Assembly (NCBI GenBank): GCA_976551045.1
Contig: CDPCPM010000029.1
Coordinates: forward strand, 6,758,001 to 6,822,000
Source: Glaucostegus cemiculus
Lineage: Eukaryota
DNA: 64,000 nt
Direction of reading: 5' to 3'
In this document: piece after piece, positions 1 through 12,212 of the stretch
How the letters are laid out: every line of letters begins with the position of its first letter
Numbering within the stretch: position 1 is the stretch's first letter
Position numbers and translations under genes: made by a program
The notes under the pieces: model-generated
Told to the model about the DNA's origin: nothing
What the model saw: only the letters and a program-made list of their open reading frames with translations
The model's database searches: none

Positions 1-431
1 TTTGTCTTGTAATTCATTATTTATCTACCTTTCCATTGTTCGTATATTTTCAATTTGTGGGTTGACCAAAATTCAGCAGGTATTCTCAGCACAATCCGAT
101 CAGACTTTGTAAAACTACTGACATTTAAAATCCCAGCATAAAATCAACAGATATATTTTACCATTTTATTAATTGCTTTTGCATATCAAAATAACACTTT
201 CCTATTACCTAATGATTTATCGAAATTTCTCCGTGTTAATGGAAACACATTCATACTATGCTTATGTCCCACATTTTTTCATATTTAATTTACATTTATC
301 AGCATTTGGTTTCTTTTTGTTTGTTAAATTTCATAACTTATTTGAACATTTTGCTACATTTTCCTCCCCCTTGTTTTTTCCTATTTTTAAGACAGCAACA
401 GTTTGGATCCAGTTACTGAGGTCTTTTGGTA

Positions 432-760
432 TAGGTCCTCCGCAGGTTACGACAGGCTTTCATTCCCAAGAACTGTTCGTAACCCGAACAGTTCACAAGT
501 TGGCAGTGCGGCCACTGAACAATATATTTAAAGAAAACATAGGTCAACGGAGGGCAATGTGTAGTTAAACCAGGGTGTTCAACTCAAGCATTCAGCATTC
601 TCTGCAAGATGCAATGATACTGCCACAGACCAAGTTCCCACACAGCAGAAGATGCCTGCAGCCTCTCAGCAGCCAGCAAATCCATCCCGCTGGTTCTCCC
701 AAACACTAATTCGTCTTTATATCTGGAAGTCAGTCGTATGTTACCTGCAGAGGGCCCCTA
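432..760. mobile_element. Tigger/pogo-like (Tc1/mariner superfamily) non-autonomous MITE
   Basis: Imperfect terminal inverted repeats: left TAGGTCCTCCGCAGGTTAC, right (reverse complement) TAGGGGCCCTCTGCAGGTAAC. TA dinucleotide on both sides (430-431, 761-762). Perfect 10-bp sub-terminal hairpin GAACTGTTCG-taacc-CGAACAGTTC at 470-494. Confidence 0.7.
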
Positions 761-849
761 TATATGGCACCTTTGTAGATTTTCAAATTTGTTGATGCTT
801 TAAAAGTAGGGAATTTGACAAACAGAACTGTGAATAAAAAGGAGAAAGT

Positions 850-1210
850 GGGCTTTCAGAATGGGAAAGCTGGAGGTGAATAGTGTTTAATGCCAAAAAA
901 TGTGAGGTGTTCACATCAGGGTGGCTAAACACAGAATGTGAACATTTATGATGGAAAGCTGCTGAAGGATGATCTGTGATAGCTAGGATCTGAAATACGG
1001 AATTCACTATAAGTACTAAGGTAAGTGCATAAAACCATTAAGATGGTCAATTCCATTTTGTGATTTATAAATGGGGACACCAAGTACAAAACCAAAGGAG
1101 TCATAAATTTGTACAAGGCTAACTAAGTGTGCAGTTTTAAGCATTCTCTATCAAAAGAACAATTAAGGCATAAAGTATTTTGAGTATAGATTCACCAGCT
1201 TGCTATATAG
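850..1210 (+). mobile_element. Old, degenerate CR1 LINE fragment (3' part of RT region)
   Basis: TTTAATGCCAAAAAATGTGAGGTG (FNAKKCEV) and the downstream sequence resemble the FNPEKCEVVHFG region of the CR1 at 22167-23351. Many stops; boundaries approximate. Confidence 0.6.
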
Positions 1211-2420
1211 ATGGCAAACAACGAGAATATGGGAGGAAGATTCATTTCTGGTTGCTGGGACTAAACAGGCAATGTTATTGATAGTGGTTGTACTTACTTC
1301 CACATATTTGATGTCACATTGGAATCCAATTTTGGGACATGACGACTACCTCTCATTTGGTTAATGTTTATACTAATTATAATGTATTGGTAAAGTGAAT
1401 GTCACAGGATGACATTTTAAATTCTTAATTGTTTAAACTATACATTGCTACACTGAAGAACCACTTTCAATGGATTTACTGGGCTCCTCTATGGAAAGTT
1501 CAATAAAATATCTTCACAAAATATAGCAAGGTGATTTATAACATAAAGTAATGTGGTGCATTTTTTTCTTGATATAACAAGAAGTTTTATGCATGAGCAA
1601 AGATAATTCTTCCACAAAAAAAAACAGCTTTCTGCACATACCTGCTCCAAAGGTTCACCTGCATTATGTACTGACCACAGTTAATCCAAAATTATCTCCA
1701 GTTAGGTTGAATTTTCTAAACCATTTCACACAGTGCAGGCAAATTATTCTTTAAGTGATGCCTGGTTGCAGAAGCTGGCTACTACTATGTAGAAGGATTT
1801 CATCAAACAGATAAATTAATAAATCATTCATAACATGTGTATATAAAATTAAACAGAGAGTGTTATTTTTCTCTCATAACATATAAACATGTCTCCAGGA
1901 GCTATGCTTGCAATACTTCTGCTATCGTGTAAATGGAACAGAAATGGATCTCTTGTTCATGAAATTATACCTTGACTGGATTACTTCAGTGTAAAGGCTT
2001 CAGCCTTTGATTTTCAGCCAGCTGTATATTCTAATTTGATTTGGGAAGTGCTCCGTCATGCACAGAGAGAGTAGCTTATGTGCCTACACATTCATGCATT
2101 AAGTTATTAAATGGATGAAATCACTGTCCAAATGATGTATCACACCACTAACCACAAGAATTTCATTGTAGGTAGCCACAAATAAATCCATTCGTAATAA
2201 AGTAATATGAATTGTAATAGTTAGATTTATTTTTCTCAGAGTATATCCTTCAAATAAATTTCTATTGACCATGGTCTTCATTATTTGCATTAATGGCAGA
2301 CTGGCATCCTCTCCTCAACTCCAAGGTTACAGCACACTCTCACTGTGAAAACCACCAATAGCTGTTTCAGCTCAGTGAGGATTTCAGATTTGATCTGAAA
2401 CTAAAATACAAAGTCAACAC

Positions 2421-2835
2421 CTTGGCTCAGTGGTAGCACTGCTGCTGTCAGACAGGTTCAATCTCTCTCCAGAACGTAAGTACATAATCCAGGCTGATGC
2501 CTCAGTACAGCAGTGAGGGATTACTGTACTGTCAGGGGTGCTGCCTTTCAGATGAGGAGTTGAAAAAAGATTCTATCTGCCCTCTCAGGTGGATGCGAAA
2601 TATACTGCAGTAGCACTGAGAGAGTAGCAGGTGGGTGTTCTGAACAGCATTTATCACTCAATCAATATCACCAAAATTACTTCTACTCATCATTTCCTCC
2701 AATACTGTCTGCAGCATCCAGCTGTGTGCAGACTTGTCATGTTTGCTTACTTATGAGTATGAGAATTCATCGGCCATGAGTGTTTTGAGAGATTCTGGGG
2801 TTATCAAAGGTGTTGTATTACACACATTCTTTCTT
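2421..2835 (+). mobile_element. tRNA-derived Deu-domain SINE (SacSINE1-like)
   Basis: A-box-like head TGGCTCAGTGGTAGCAC and B-box-like GGTTCAAT. Deu-domain-like core GGTGCTGCCTTTCAGATGAG...CTGCCCTCTCAGGTGGATG. Family name from recall. Confidence 0.7.
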
Positions 2836-3029
2836 ATCAGGGAAATGATGCAACTTGGACCATAGAAATTGCCCATTATGTCAAACTAATTTTAAAGAAC
2901 TGCATTAGTGGAACACAATGGAGAATCCATGCTATAATTATCAATTAAAATGTCATGTTTCATAATGGAACAGTATGTACAATACTGCTCTTTTTGTAGA
3001 ATATGCTACTAATTTAGACTAAAATGGAG

Positions 3030-3810
3030 AGGCATGATAAAGCAGTTTGCAGATGATACAAAAAGTTGATACATGGTTAACAGTAAGGAGGAAAGCTTTA
3101 GGCTTCAGGATGATATGGATGGTTTGGTCATTTAGGCACTGAAATAACAAATGAAATTTAATCCAGAGAAGTGCAAGGTAATGCAAAAGGTCTTTGAAGT
3201 ATATGTCCATGGATCTTACAGATAGCAGGGCAGATTAGTTTGCTGATTAAAGAGACCATCAGGATGCTTCTAGCGCCAACATAGCATGCCTACAACTTCC
3301 TATCCCATATGTCTTTTTTTTGGGATGTGGGAAGAAACCAGAGAACCTGGAGGAAATCCACGCAGACACGGGGAGAACTTATAAACTCCTTACAGACAGT
3401 GGCCGGAATTGTATCCGGGTTGTTGGCACTGTAATAGCGTTACGCTAACTGCTACACTAGGATTGATTTCTTTTGAACAGAAGAGGCAGAGTAGAGAATA
3501 AATTCAGCCATATAAAGTTGTGAGGACCTTATATAGGATAAAAAAGGAAGGGTTTACTGCCCTTATTAGAGGGGTCAAAACTGTAGTACATAAATTTGAA
3601 GGAAATGCACTAGAGGGGAGATGTGGATGTTTATTTGCTCAGAGAGTGGTTCATTGCATGAAAAAGTGGAAGAGGTTGAAACCCTCATCACAATTAATGA
3701 GTACTTCAATGTACACTTTAAGAGGTTTTACCTGCAAGATATGGGCCTGGTGTGAGATGGTGGGGTTAGGCTGGATAGCTTTTTTCCAACCAGCATGGAT
3801 GTGATAGTTT
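3030..3810 (+). mobile_element. Degenerate CR1 LINE 3' fragment, interrupted by a V-SINE
   Basis: AAGTTTGCAGATGATACAAAA-like RT core (FADDTK), ATGAAATTTAATCCAGAGAAGTGC (MKFNPEKC), and QRVV in ORF 3520-3804. Confidence 0.75.
3271..3459 (-). mobile_element. V-SINE (HE1-like), lacking its 3' tail
   Basis: Reverse complement of the V-domain core TTCTCCCCGTGTCTGCGTGGATTTCCTCCAGGT and of a tRNA-like head; matches the copy at 40457. Confidence 0.85.
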
Positions 3811-4254
3811 GAATAATTCCAAGAGAACCATATGCTCTTGAGCCATTGTTATTAAAGAATTTGTAAAATGCTGGGCTGAATCAAAACTTATTCATAACCA
3901 CAGGTGGAGGACACTGGGGATGTACTATGACTTTTAAAAAGTGGTTTACAAAACAGATGAGGAACCCAAGTGCCGAGAATGGCTAGTGAGTTAAACAAAA
4001 TATTAAGATATTTCTCCAATAGTGTAACTTCTCGAGAGAAGTAAAGAAGTTTGAAACTCTACAAATTAAATTGATATGGGAGTTTAAGTACCTATTGGAA
4101 TAATAAATGCTTGACAGATAAGTGATAAGTTAGTTCAGGAGTATGCTGGGGTAAAAAAAACCCTTGAAAATGTTGGAACTGTGGAGAAAAAAATACATTG
4201 AATATCTCTGGATGGGAAGTTTTATTTAGGATATCATCCCCTCAGTACTAATCG

Positions 4255-5330
4255 CCAAGCTTCAAAACTTACATCTCTATACCTCCCTTTGCAATTGGAT
4301 TCTCAATTTCCTTATCAGAAGACCACAGTCAATGTGGATCAGTAATAACATCTTCTCCTTGCTGACAATCAACACAGGTGCACCTCAAGGATGCGTGCTT
4401 AGCCCACTGCTCTACTCTCTCTACCCTCATGACTGTATGGCTAAGCACCGGTCAAATGCCATCAATAAATTCGCTGATGACACCAGCTGTTGTTGGTAGA
4501 ATCTCAGATGGGAAGAGGAGGCTTACAGGAGTGAGATAGATCGGCTGGTTGAGTGGTGTCGCAACAACAACCTTGCACTCAAAGGCAACAAGTCCAAGGA
4601 ATTGATTGTAGACTTCAGGAAGGGGAAGTCAGGAGAACACACACACAGTCCATATTGAATGGTTAGCAGTGGAATGGGTGAGCAGCTTCAAGTTCCTGTG
4701 ATTCAATATCTAAGAGGATCTATCTTGGGCCCAACACATTGATGCAATCATGAGGAAGGCACACGAGTGGCTCTACTTCCTTAGGAGTTTGAGGAGATTT
4801 GGTATGTCACCAAAGATTCTTACAAATTTCCACAGACCTACAGTGGAGAGCATTCTGATTGGTTGCATCACTGCCTGGTATGGAGGCTTGAATGCACAGG
4901 ATTGCAGGAGGCTGCTAAGGATCGTATTTTCAGCCAGCTATTGAGGTGGAAAAGGTTGTGTCTGGCACCTTTTCCACCTCAATGGAAAAGGTTCCAGGCA
5001 CAACCTTCATGACGCGATGCTTCAAGAAGGCAGCAGCTATCACTAGGGACCCTGACTGTCGGGGACGTGCCCTCTTCTCATTACAACCATCAGGGAGGAG
5101 GTACAGGAGCCTGAAGATACACGCTCAATGACTCAGAAACAGTTTCTGCTCCTCCACCATCAGATTTCTGAACGGTCCATGAACACTACCTTGTTACTCC
5201 TTTTGTTTGCACTATTTATTAATATTTTTTAATTCATAGTAATTTTCTGTCTTTGCACTATACTGCTGCCTCAAAGCAACAAAATTCATGTTATCTGAGT
5301 CAGTGATAATAAATCTGATTCTGATTCTGA
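4255..5330 (+). mobile_element. Rex1/Babar-type LINE, 5'-truncated, with frameshifts
   Basis: [16 protein letters not shown] and KFADDT RT motifs; C-terminal YFLRSLRRFG...ESILIGCITAWYG...LQPSGRRYRSL; 3' AATAAA followed by a (GATTCT)n tail. Confidence 0.9.
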
Positions 5331-7777
5331 ACTCTTCTGATGACCACCTTCATTTTGATAAATGAACTCTTTTTCCTCTTCTACAGATAAGCCATAACTT
5401 GCAGACTGTTTTCAGTACTTTCTGTGTTTCTGGTTTCTAGGGTCTTTAGTATATTGCTTTGGTAAACCCTAGTGCTGGATTGTTTATACCTGGAATATTA
5501 AAGGGGTCAGAAAGGGAATTGTACATCATGTATTTCCAACATAGAAAAAGTTCAAAGCATTGCAGAGTTTCTGAAAGATCAGAAAGAATCTATATTTAAA
5601 ATGGATAACATACCAAATTTGTTAAATCACAGGCCCATTCATCTGAAATCAATACATTTATAATGTAGTGTAACTTATTATGAGAACCTGAGTCTTACAT
5701 CTGTACAGCAATGATTCAAAAATGCACAGCCAGATTGATTTAAAAGCAACACCTATCTTGTAAACATCTTTGATTTTATTCAGGATGGTACAGATCAAGT
5801 AGAAAATTGTAGTCCCCTGTGTTACACCTTGCTCAGATTATAATAACCTCTATTCACACAGGAACTCACACAATTCCAGAGCAAATTATGCACGTGGATA
5901 AAAAGCTGTTATTTAAAAAGGGGGAAAAAATCAAGAAATTCACCCTGAAAAGCATCAGGTAGGATTCTCCACTATGAGGTAGAGCAATGATGGTTAATAC
6001 TTGTGGCAATCCCTCTGACCCGATTGTGACCCCAAACCATTGTCCTGCATCAAGAGTGTCAATGATCCTGACAGGATTCCAGACATGAAGAAGCAACTCA
6101 TCATGGCTGAAGAGGCAAATCAGGTGGTCCCACAGTAGGACCCCCACTGCAGCACTGGGGAGGCCACATGGGCAGATAAATGGGCAGTAAATCCCCAAAG
6201 AAGTGGGCTGTCTTTTTGTAGTATTTGCCTGATACTGAAGCTCAATAAGTTGGGTTGAAGGAAAGACCTCCTTTGGACCCATCAGAATCTCTTCCATCTC
6301 ATTACAGCTTGAATGTTAGAAAATCTAACATATTTTCTTAGAAACAGCAGCCGAAAACAGTTGGAAACATTCTACTCATAGATTCTGGGTGCACAAGAAC
6401 AAAGGCACATTCATTAATGTCAACTGTCATGATGTTCTGTAGCGTCTGAAAAATGTAAAATCACACACGTCCAGAAAACTAGTCTCTTCCAGATCTAAGC
6501 CTGCCCATTGCACCTTCCATGTCTTATCTTATTTTTCACATCCTCAATCCTTTCCATTGTCTCGCACTTCTCCACACCTCTAAGTGCACATTCATTTCTG
6601 TTACAGATAAAAGTTAATGGTTCCTTGGCATTACAGTCTAAAATTACCTTGCACTCTTCCATAACATGACTAGAATGGCAACTTGTTAAAAGTGAACCTG
6701 CCAAGTGCTTTAACGTATTCACTACCAACAGGGCTTCTTTGCTACTATCCCATACTGTACACCATTTTTATCCAGATAATTCTGAACAATTCTAAGAGCA
6801 CCAGTTAGTGAACAATGAAGTTGGGGCCTAATCAACAGCAACATTTTCATGTAGTGGCTGGAGAGAAAGTGGATCACAGAGCACCCAGCATGAGAAATCC
6901 AGCTAGGAATGGAATTTTGATAGGAAACCTTAATAATAATTTTCCTTCATCCACCCATCATATTTTGAGTCACTATCCAATGAGATTTTGGAGGAACATT
7001 CAAAACCATCAGATCAATAGAAATCCTGGATAATTCAGTGCCTGAGCCCTCACTTTTCTAATTGCAGGACTATGGAAGTTGGTAATGAAATTGGAGGCTT
7101 AGGCTTTTCCACCCTTGGTGTTACTCTTGGGTCTTTGTGACTGCAACCCAGACTGCATCTAACTGCCTAATTTTTCCATCTTGGCCAAATTTTCCCATAT
7201 TGCCCTATTATGATCTGTGCCTGAATTCTTTCGTGAAAAGGCATATTCTTTCTTTCTTTCAAGTTCCATGTTCCAACAGATCCATACACAGGTCAATTTT
7301 TCTCAACATTTGTCCTCACTTTTACTTTTTATTGACAAATTTTAAATTGACGGTTGTCTCATCAAAACACGCTCAAGCAGAGGAAGTAACTTATCTCAAT
7401 TCACACAATTAGACTCTTTAAAAATAGTCCAGTATCTGCTTATTCTCTTGGAATGAGAATTTTTTTCCTCTATTGTTACTCACAACTTTTCGTCCAGCCG
7501 TTCTGCTTTGCAGTACCCCTCTCATTATGTATGTTGTACTTAAAATGGATCTCTCGTTCATGAAATGAGATGCTGGATGTGATTGCTTTGGTGTAAGACA
7601 GTGGGTTTCATCACTGACATGATACAAGTTAATGGTGTACATGACCGATACATTCTTGCTTGCATCGCCTGAAAAGGTATCTGTTGGATTGGATTGCCTG
7701 CCTTTTATCGAATCTATCTGTTGAAATGCTAACCATTAGTTGTCTAACTTCCTCATCAAACTCTGCCTTCTGCACAG

Positions 7778-7866
7778 CAGGTCAGAAATATCCTTCCAAT
7801 GTACTGGCTGAAATTATAGATAAGAGTTTTAATTTAGAACAAATAGTACAAAGTCTGCAGAAGATG
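7778..7866 (+). CDS. Candidate exon A of an unidentified gene: (A)GQKYPSNVLAEIIDKSFNLEQIVQSLQKM
   Basis: Branch-point-like CTAAC at 7744, pyrimidine tract, NAGNAG acceptor CAG/CAG (alternative start 7781), donor ATG|GTAAGC. Only one of three frames is open; ends in phase 0; lies in unique DNA. Confidence 0.5.
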
Positions 7867-9748
7867 GTAAGCTTGTAAGAAAGTACTCAAGGCTCAGTAG
7901 ATTAGAACTTTGCGCACAGAACTGAGTGCGGCTCAGCTTGATGGTATTATAAAACTATGTTTTTTTTGGTTGTGTGTAGCCAAAGTGGCCAAATGGTTTA
8001 ATAGAAAGTTGACATGTTTACGCTAGAAATCTATTTGCCTAAGTACTGCACTGTAAATTTGTAAGTCTGCACATCTTGAACCTTGAGAAGGGAACAGGCT
8101 ATGTTATTTGCTTGTCACTTAATGTAATACTGTTCAACTGTTGTGTAAGAACAGATTGTACTTATAAACCCACTCAGTCCTGAATCATTAAAAGGTATTT
8201 GCTGTGGAACTAACAATGCTTTGCGGTATCCTTTACCATGGATAACACTAACTTTGCTCAAGAATAATTCTTTTGAGCATACTTTGTATTACTTCTTCTG
8301 CATTTGCAGTTTAGAAGCTATATAGACAGTTAATGTAGATGTTTCCTACGAGGCCCACTGTAGTTCTACAGAGCGTGGAGAGATGGGAATGGGGAATTAC
8401 AATAGGTTCATGCTTGGCTGCTACAGTTCATGTGAAGTCAAAGGTCAGAATGCAGTGGGGAAACATACAGCCGAACTTCATCAGCAAGTTCAGGACTTCC
8501 ACAATTATGTAAGAGTCCTGAACATCCTGACACTTATGAGGCATAGAATGATCAGCATTTGCCAAGCAAATTCTGACACATTTTTCTGCTGGATAATTAC
8601 ACTGAACAGTCATTATTATGTTGAATAGCCATGGGCCAGGATCCCCTGGGAGTTGACAGGGATGTTACACTTATTAAGTGAGACATTGGGAGGGATTCTT
8701 TTGTCCACCTGTTAATTCTTCATTGAGATGGAGCTTGGAACAGGGTGGCCATTTGTGGCGTCTGGTGTCAGGCTTGCAAATCATCAGAGCTAGCTGAGTG
8801 TGCTTAGAGCCTTGATGCTGGGGATGTTGTTCTGTGTAGTGACACTGATCTGTGAGGATTATATGGAGATGGTGATTTCTCTCCAGAGCTTTGAAGAACC
8901 TGATGTAGGTAGTACGTATCAGGAACATACAGGAAGACAGTAATCATTTCTGACACGTAGACCATGAGCTTTGTGGCAGGTTTGATTTTCAAACAATCAT
9001 TTCTTCAGATGGTCAAAGTTTCAGCGAGTGCACTGAAGGTGGCGTAACCTTATTTCTATATCAGAGTTGATGCAGATTGAACTGTTTCCTATTTATCCTG
9101 TAATTAGCTCCACTCCAGTGAAAAGCCTTTTGGAGGTGAGGTGCAGTAATGTGGTGAGAAGGATCAAGAAGAATGTTGGGATGGTGACCCAGTTTTGCAT
9201 GACACAAGTCTGCACTGAGATTGGGTCAACTGTAGATTTGTTAGTTGATATCTCAGCCTATTACATCTATTTTGTGATACCATCACAAAATAGATGTAAG
9301 AAGGAGGTAAGTTCCCGTCAGCAGCCAAATTTGAGGATGCTCCTCAGTCCCTTTTGAGTGGTGGAGTCAAAAGTTTTCATGAGGCCAACATTGATGCTAC
9401 TCCTTGCATTTCCCTTGGAGCTTTAACTTGGTGAAGATCATGTCCACTATACCTTGAGATGGGTGAATCCACACTGTGATTTGGGGAGTAGCTTTTTGGC
9501 CACTGGGTAGAGGTAGTTGAGGAAAACCCTCGTGCTGAGTTTCCCTGTGGCAGACACCAGGTGCTGGTGCTGTTGGATTTGTTTCCTGAAGATGATCATG
9601 CTTGTGGCATTACTATAGTCCCCTGGCACTTCCTCCTCTTCCCAGATGCAGGTGATAAAACTGTGCATTTGTGAGATAAGTTCTGCAAGGATCTTTGAAC
9701 TTCAGCAAGGATCCCGTCTGCTCCTTATCATATTTCAATAATGTTTTT

Positions 9749-10425
9749 GAGTCATAGAGTCATACAGCACAGAAACAGGCCCATGATGACCAAGATGCCT
9801 GTCTAAGTTAGTCTCATTGAGCATGTTTGGTCCATATCCTTCTAAACCTTTCCTAGCCATGTACTTGTCCAAGTGCCTTTTAAGTGCTGTTAATGTACCT
9901 GCCTCAATCATTTCTTCTGACAGCTCATTCCATATACTAACCACCCTCTGGGTGAAAAAGTTGCCCCTTAGTTCCTAGTAAATCTCTCTGCTCTCACTGT
10001 AAACCTTAGCACTATAGTTCTTGATTCCCTGACCCTGGGGAGAAAGATTGTGTGCATTTACTCCATGATTCGCTCCTATGCATTTGTTGCTCACAATTTT
10101 ATACACCTCTATAAGATCATCCCTCATACTCCTAAATTCCAATGAATAAAGTCCTAGCATGTTCAACATCTCTCTACAACTCAGTCCCTTGAGTCCTGGC
10201 AAATCTTTTCTGCACTCTGTCCAGATTAATGACATTGTTCCTATAGCAGGGTGATAATCATGGTTTAAAATGCAGTATTCGCTTGTAGCCCTCCAGCTAT
10301 TCCATTTCAGTGACAACTCAAATATCCCTTGAGGTTGAGATGCAAAGCCATACTTATGCTGGGCTGAAAGCCACTATAGCAGGGTGACCATAACTAATCA
10401 CAACACTCCAATTATGGCCTCATCA
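9749..10425 (-). mobile_element. CR1 LINE 3' fragment nested in the RTE, carrying a 123-bp templated insert
   Basis: LGLYSLEFRSMRDDLIEVYKI and WNELSEEMIEAGTLTALKRHLD; reversed (CTATGACT)n tail near 9749-9765. Confidence 0.9.
10253..10375 (+). repeat. 123-bp direct copy of 11087-11209, flanked by the 14-bp direct repeat CTATAGCAGGGTGA
   Basis: Ungapped alignment with 8 mismatches in 123 nt (counted by eye). Flanking repeats at 10241-10254 and 10374-10387. Confidence 0.95.
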
Positions 10426-11342
10426 CCAAATTGTTGGTCTGGGATGGCAACAAGGCTGAGCCAGATAGTTTGATGTGGAATAGGGTCACTGGCACACAGG
10501 TCAAGGACAGGCAAATCATTAGACAGACGATGAAGGGAAAAAAATAACAATCATTGGATATGGTAATAGTGTGGGTACATGGGTTTTCTACTGACCATGA
10601 AGATCACCACTGTCTACTGGACTGAATGGTTTGTATGTCATAACTTCCTTGTAATTCAATGTCATGGAAGTAGCTTAAGTTATTCTTAACAGTACATTAT
10701 TGTGAAAAAAAGTATAAATGTCATTCCAGATAGATTTTTTATAGTGTTTACCAAACCAACTTTCACAGCATTAAAAAGCCAGGTCCTAACTTCAAGCATG
10801 TTTATTGTGGAGAACACTCTACCCTTGGGCCACCTAAGTTTAGTTTGCATTTCCCTGCTTTCACATGACTTGCAATTTCGCTGCTGTGACAGTTATATAG
10901 TTTTATGTTGAGAGTCTTAACAATTCACTTTTTTACAGTGCTTTAACTCTCTCCATATTATTGGTAGATAGTCGGCTGATTTGAACAGGTTGGGTTTATC
11001 GTCCTAAAAGTTTTCCTTGATAGCACTGCAAAACACGGTGCTCCCACTACCCTCAAATGTATTAGTGCCTTGTGCTGTAGCCATGAGATAATCATGGTTT
11101 AAAATGCAGTGTGTGCTTGTAGCCCTCCAGCTATTCCACTTCAATGACAACTCAGATATCCCTTGAGGTTGAGATGCAAAGACATACTTATGCTGCGCTG
11201 AAAGCCACTGCTGCCCACATTAAAAGGAAAGAAAGCCAAGTACTTCGGCAAGCAGATCATCCACTATACTTTGGCATAGTAATTCACGCAAAGAACATTT
11301 TGCTCTCTAACAATGTGTCTTATCTTCTGTTTGTGCTTTTAG

Positions 11343-11380
11343 GAACAGCGATGCACTCTTGAAATTAGTCACTTCTGCAG
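11343..11380 (+). CDS. Candidate exon B (38 nt): EQRCTLEISHFC(S)
   Basis: Branch-point-like CTCTAAC, long pyrimidine tract ending TTTTAG, donor CAG|GTATGG. Open in phase 0, matching exon A; ends in phase 2. Confidence 0.45.
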
Positions 11381-11757
11381 GTATGGGTGACAACAATAAC
11401 GGGTAAGATGCATTCATCAGGAATGGAAACGGAATTTTGCACCAGACTTAAAACAGTCTTAAATAGCCAGCTCTGCTCACCACTAGCTCACCAGCACACA
11501 GGGATACCTCATGTCCACACAGAATTGTGGGCCTTTCAGAGCTGGGTAAACCTTCAGTGATGTCATTCTTTATTGTGCTGCTTTTAGTTGGACTAGCCAA
11601 TAGAATAATTCAGTCTTAATCTGCCTGCTTAAAATAGGCAGCCAATAACTCTGTTTAAAAAGATAGGAACCATGAGATTGGATCAAATAGAGTCTACATG
11701 AACCCATTTTATATGCATAAATTATTCATCACAAGCAATTTTATGGATGTGCCTATT

Positions 11758-11825
11758 TCAGAATCAGAATCAGATTTATTATCATTGACTTACATGACGT
11801 CAAATTTGTTGTTTTGCAGCAGCAA
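11758..11825 (-). mobile_element. Rex1/Babar LINE extreme 3' tail fragment
   Basis: Reverse complement of the 3' end seen at 5265-5330, including the (GATTCT)n tail. Confidence 0.85.
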
Positions 11826-11894
11826 AATTTCCTGTCAATCAGGAAATTAAACCAGGCACTTCCTGATACAATTCACCCCAACTCCAATTGCCAT

Positions 11895-12212
11895 TTTTCC
11901 TTACATCATAAGGCGGCCATTTGGCCCATCCACTCCATGCCAACTCAGAGCAACCTCATTCCCTGTAACCTATCCCCATTAACTTCAAAGATTCTACCAC
12001 ATACATACCTAGGGCAATTTACAGTGGATAATTAACTTACCAAACTGCTTGTCTTTGAGATGTGGGCAGAAACTAGGGCATCCAGAAGAAGCCAATGTTG
12101 TCACAGGGAGAACAAGTAAACCCCCACATGGACAGCACCAGAGGTCAGGATTGAGCCTGGACATCCTGAAGCTGTGAGACAGCAGCTCTATTTGCTGCAC
12201 CACTGTGCCACC
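11895..12212 (-). mobile_element. Older V-SINE with a CR1-like 3' tail
   Basis: Reverse complement of a tRNA-like head (GGCACAGTGGTGCAGC), a degenerate V-domain and an ATGGGCCAAATGGCC tail. Confidence 0.75.

Larger units (their letters stand above)
8570..10620 (-). mobile_element. Degenerate RTE-clade LINE, interrupted by a CR1 fragment
   Basis: Minus-strand remnants IWEEEEVPGD...LLPKSQCGF (ORF 9447-9668) and IKPATKLMVY (ORF 8804-8992). Boundaries approximate. Confidence 0.75.

Noticed and set aside
173-568. 131-aa ORF with an apparent acceptor at 391
   Set aside because: Low-complexity F/L/I-rich start, runs into the MITE, no donor and no recognisable domain.
745-827. Minus-strand exon-like segment (strong acceptor, CAG|GTAAC donor)
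   Set aside because: The donor is part of the MITE terminal repeat and the acceptor abuts a CR1 remnant.
5866-6297. 143-aa minus-strand ORF
   Set aside because: No recognisable motif or convincing splice pair. Possibly decayed TE sequence, but I could not support any call.
6335-6445. Minus-strand acceptor followed by DINEC, an EGF-Ca-like word
   Set aside because: The remaining EGF cysteine pattern is absent and the frame stops.
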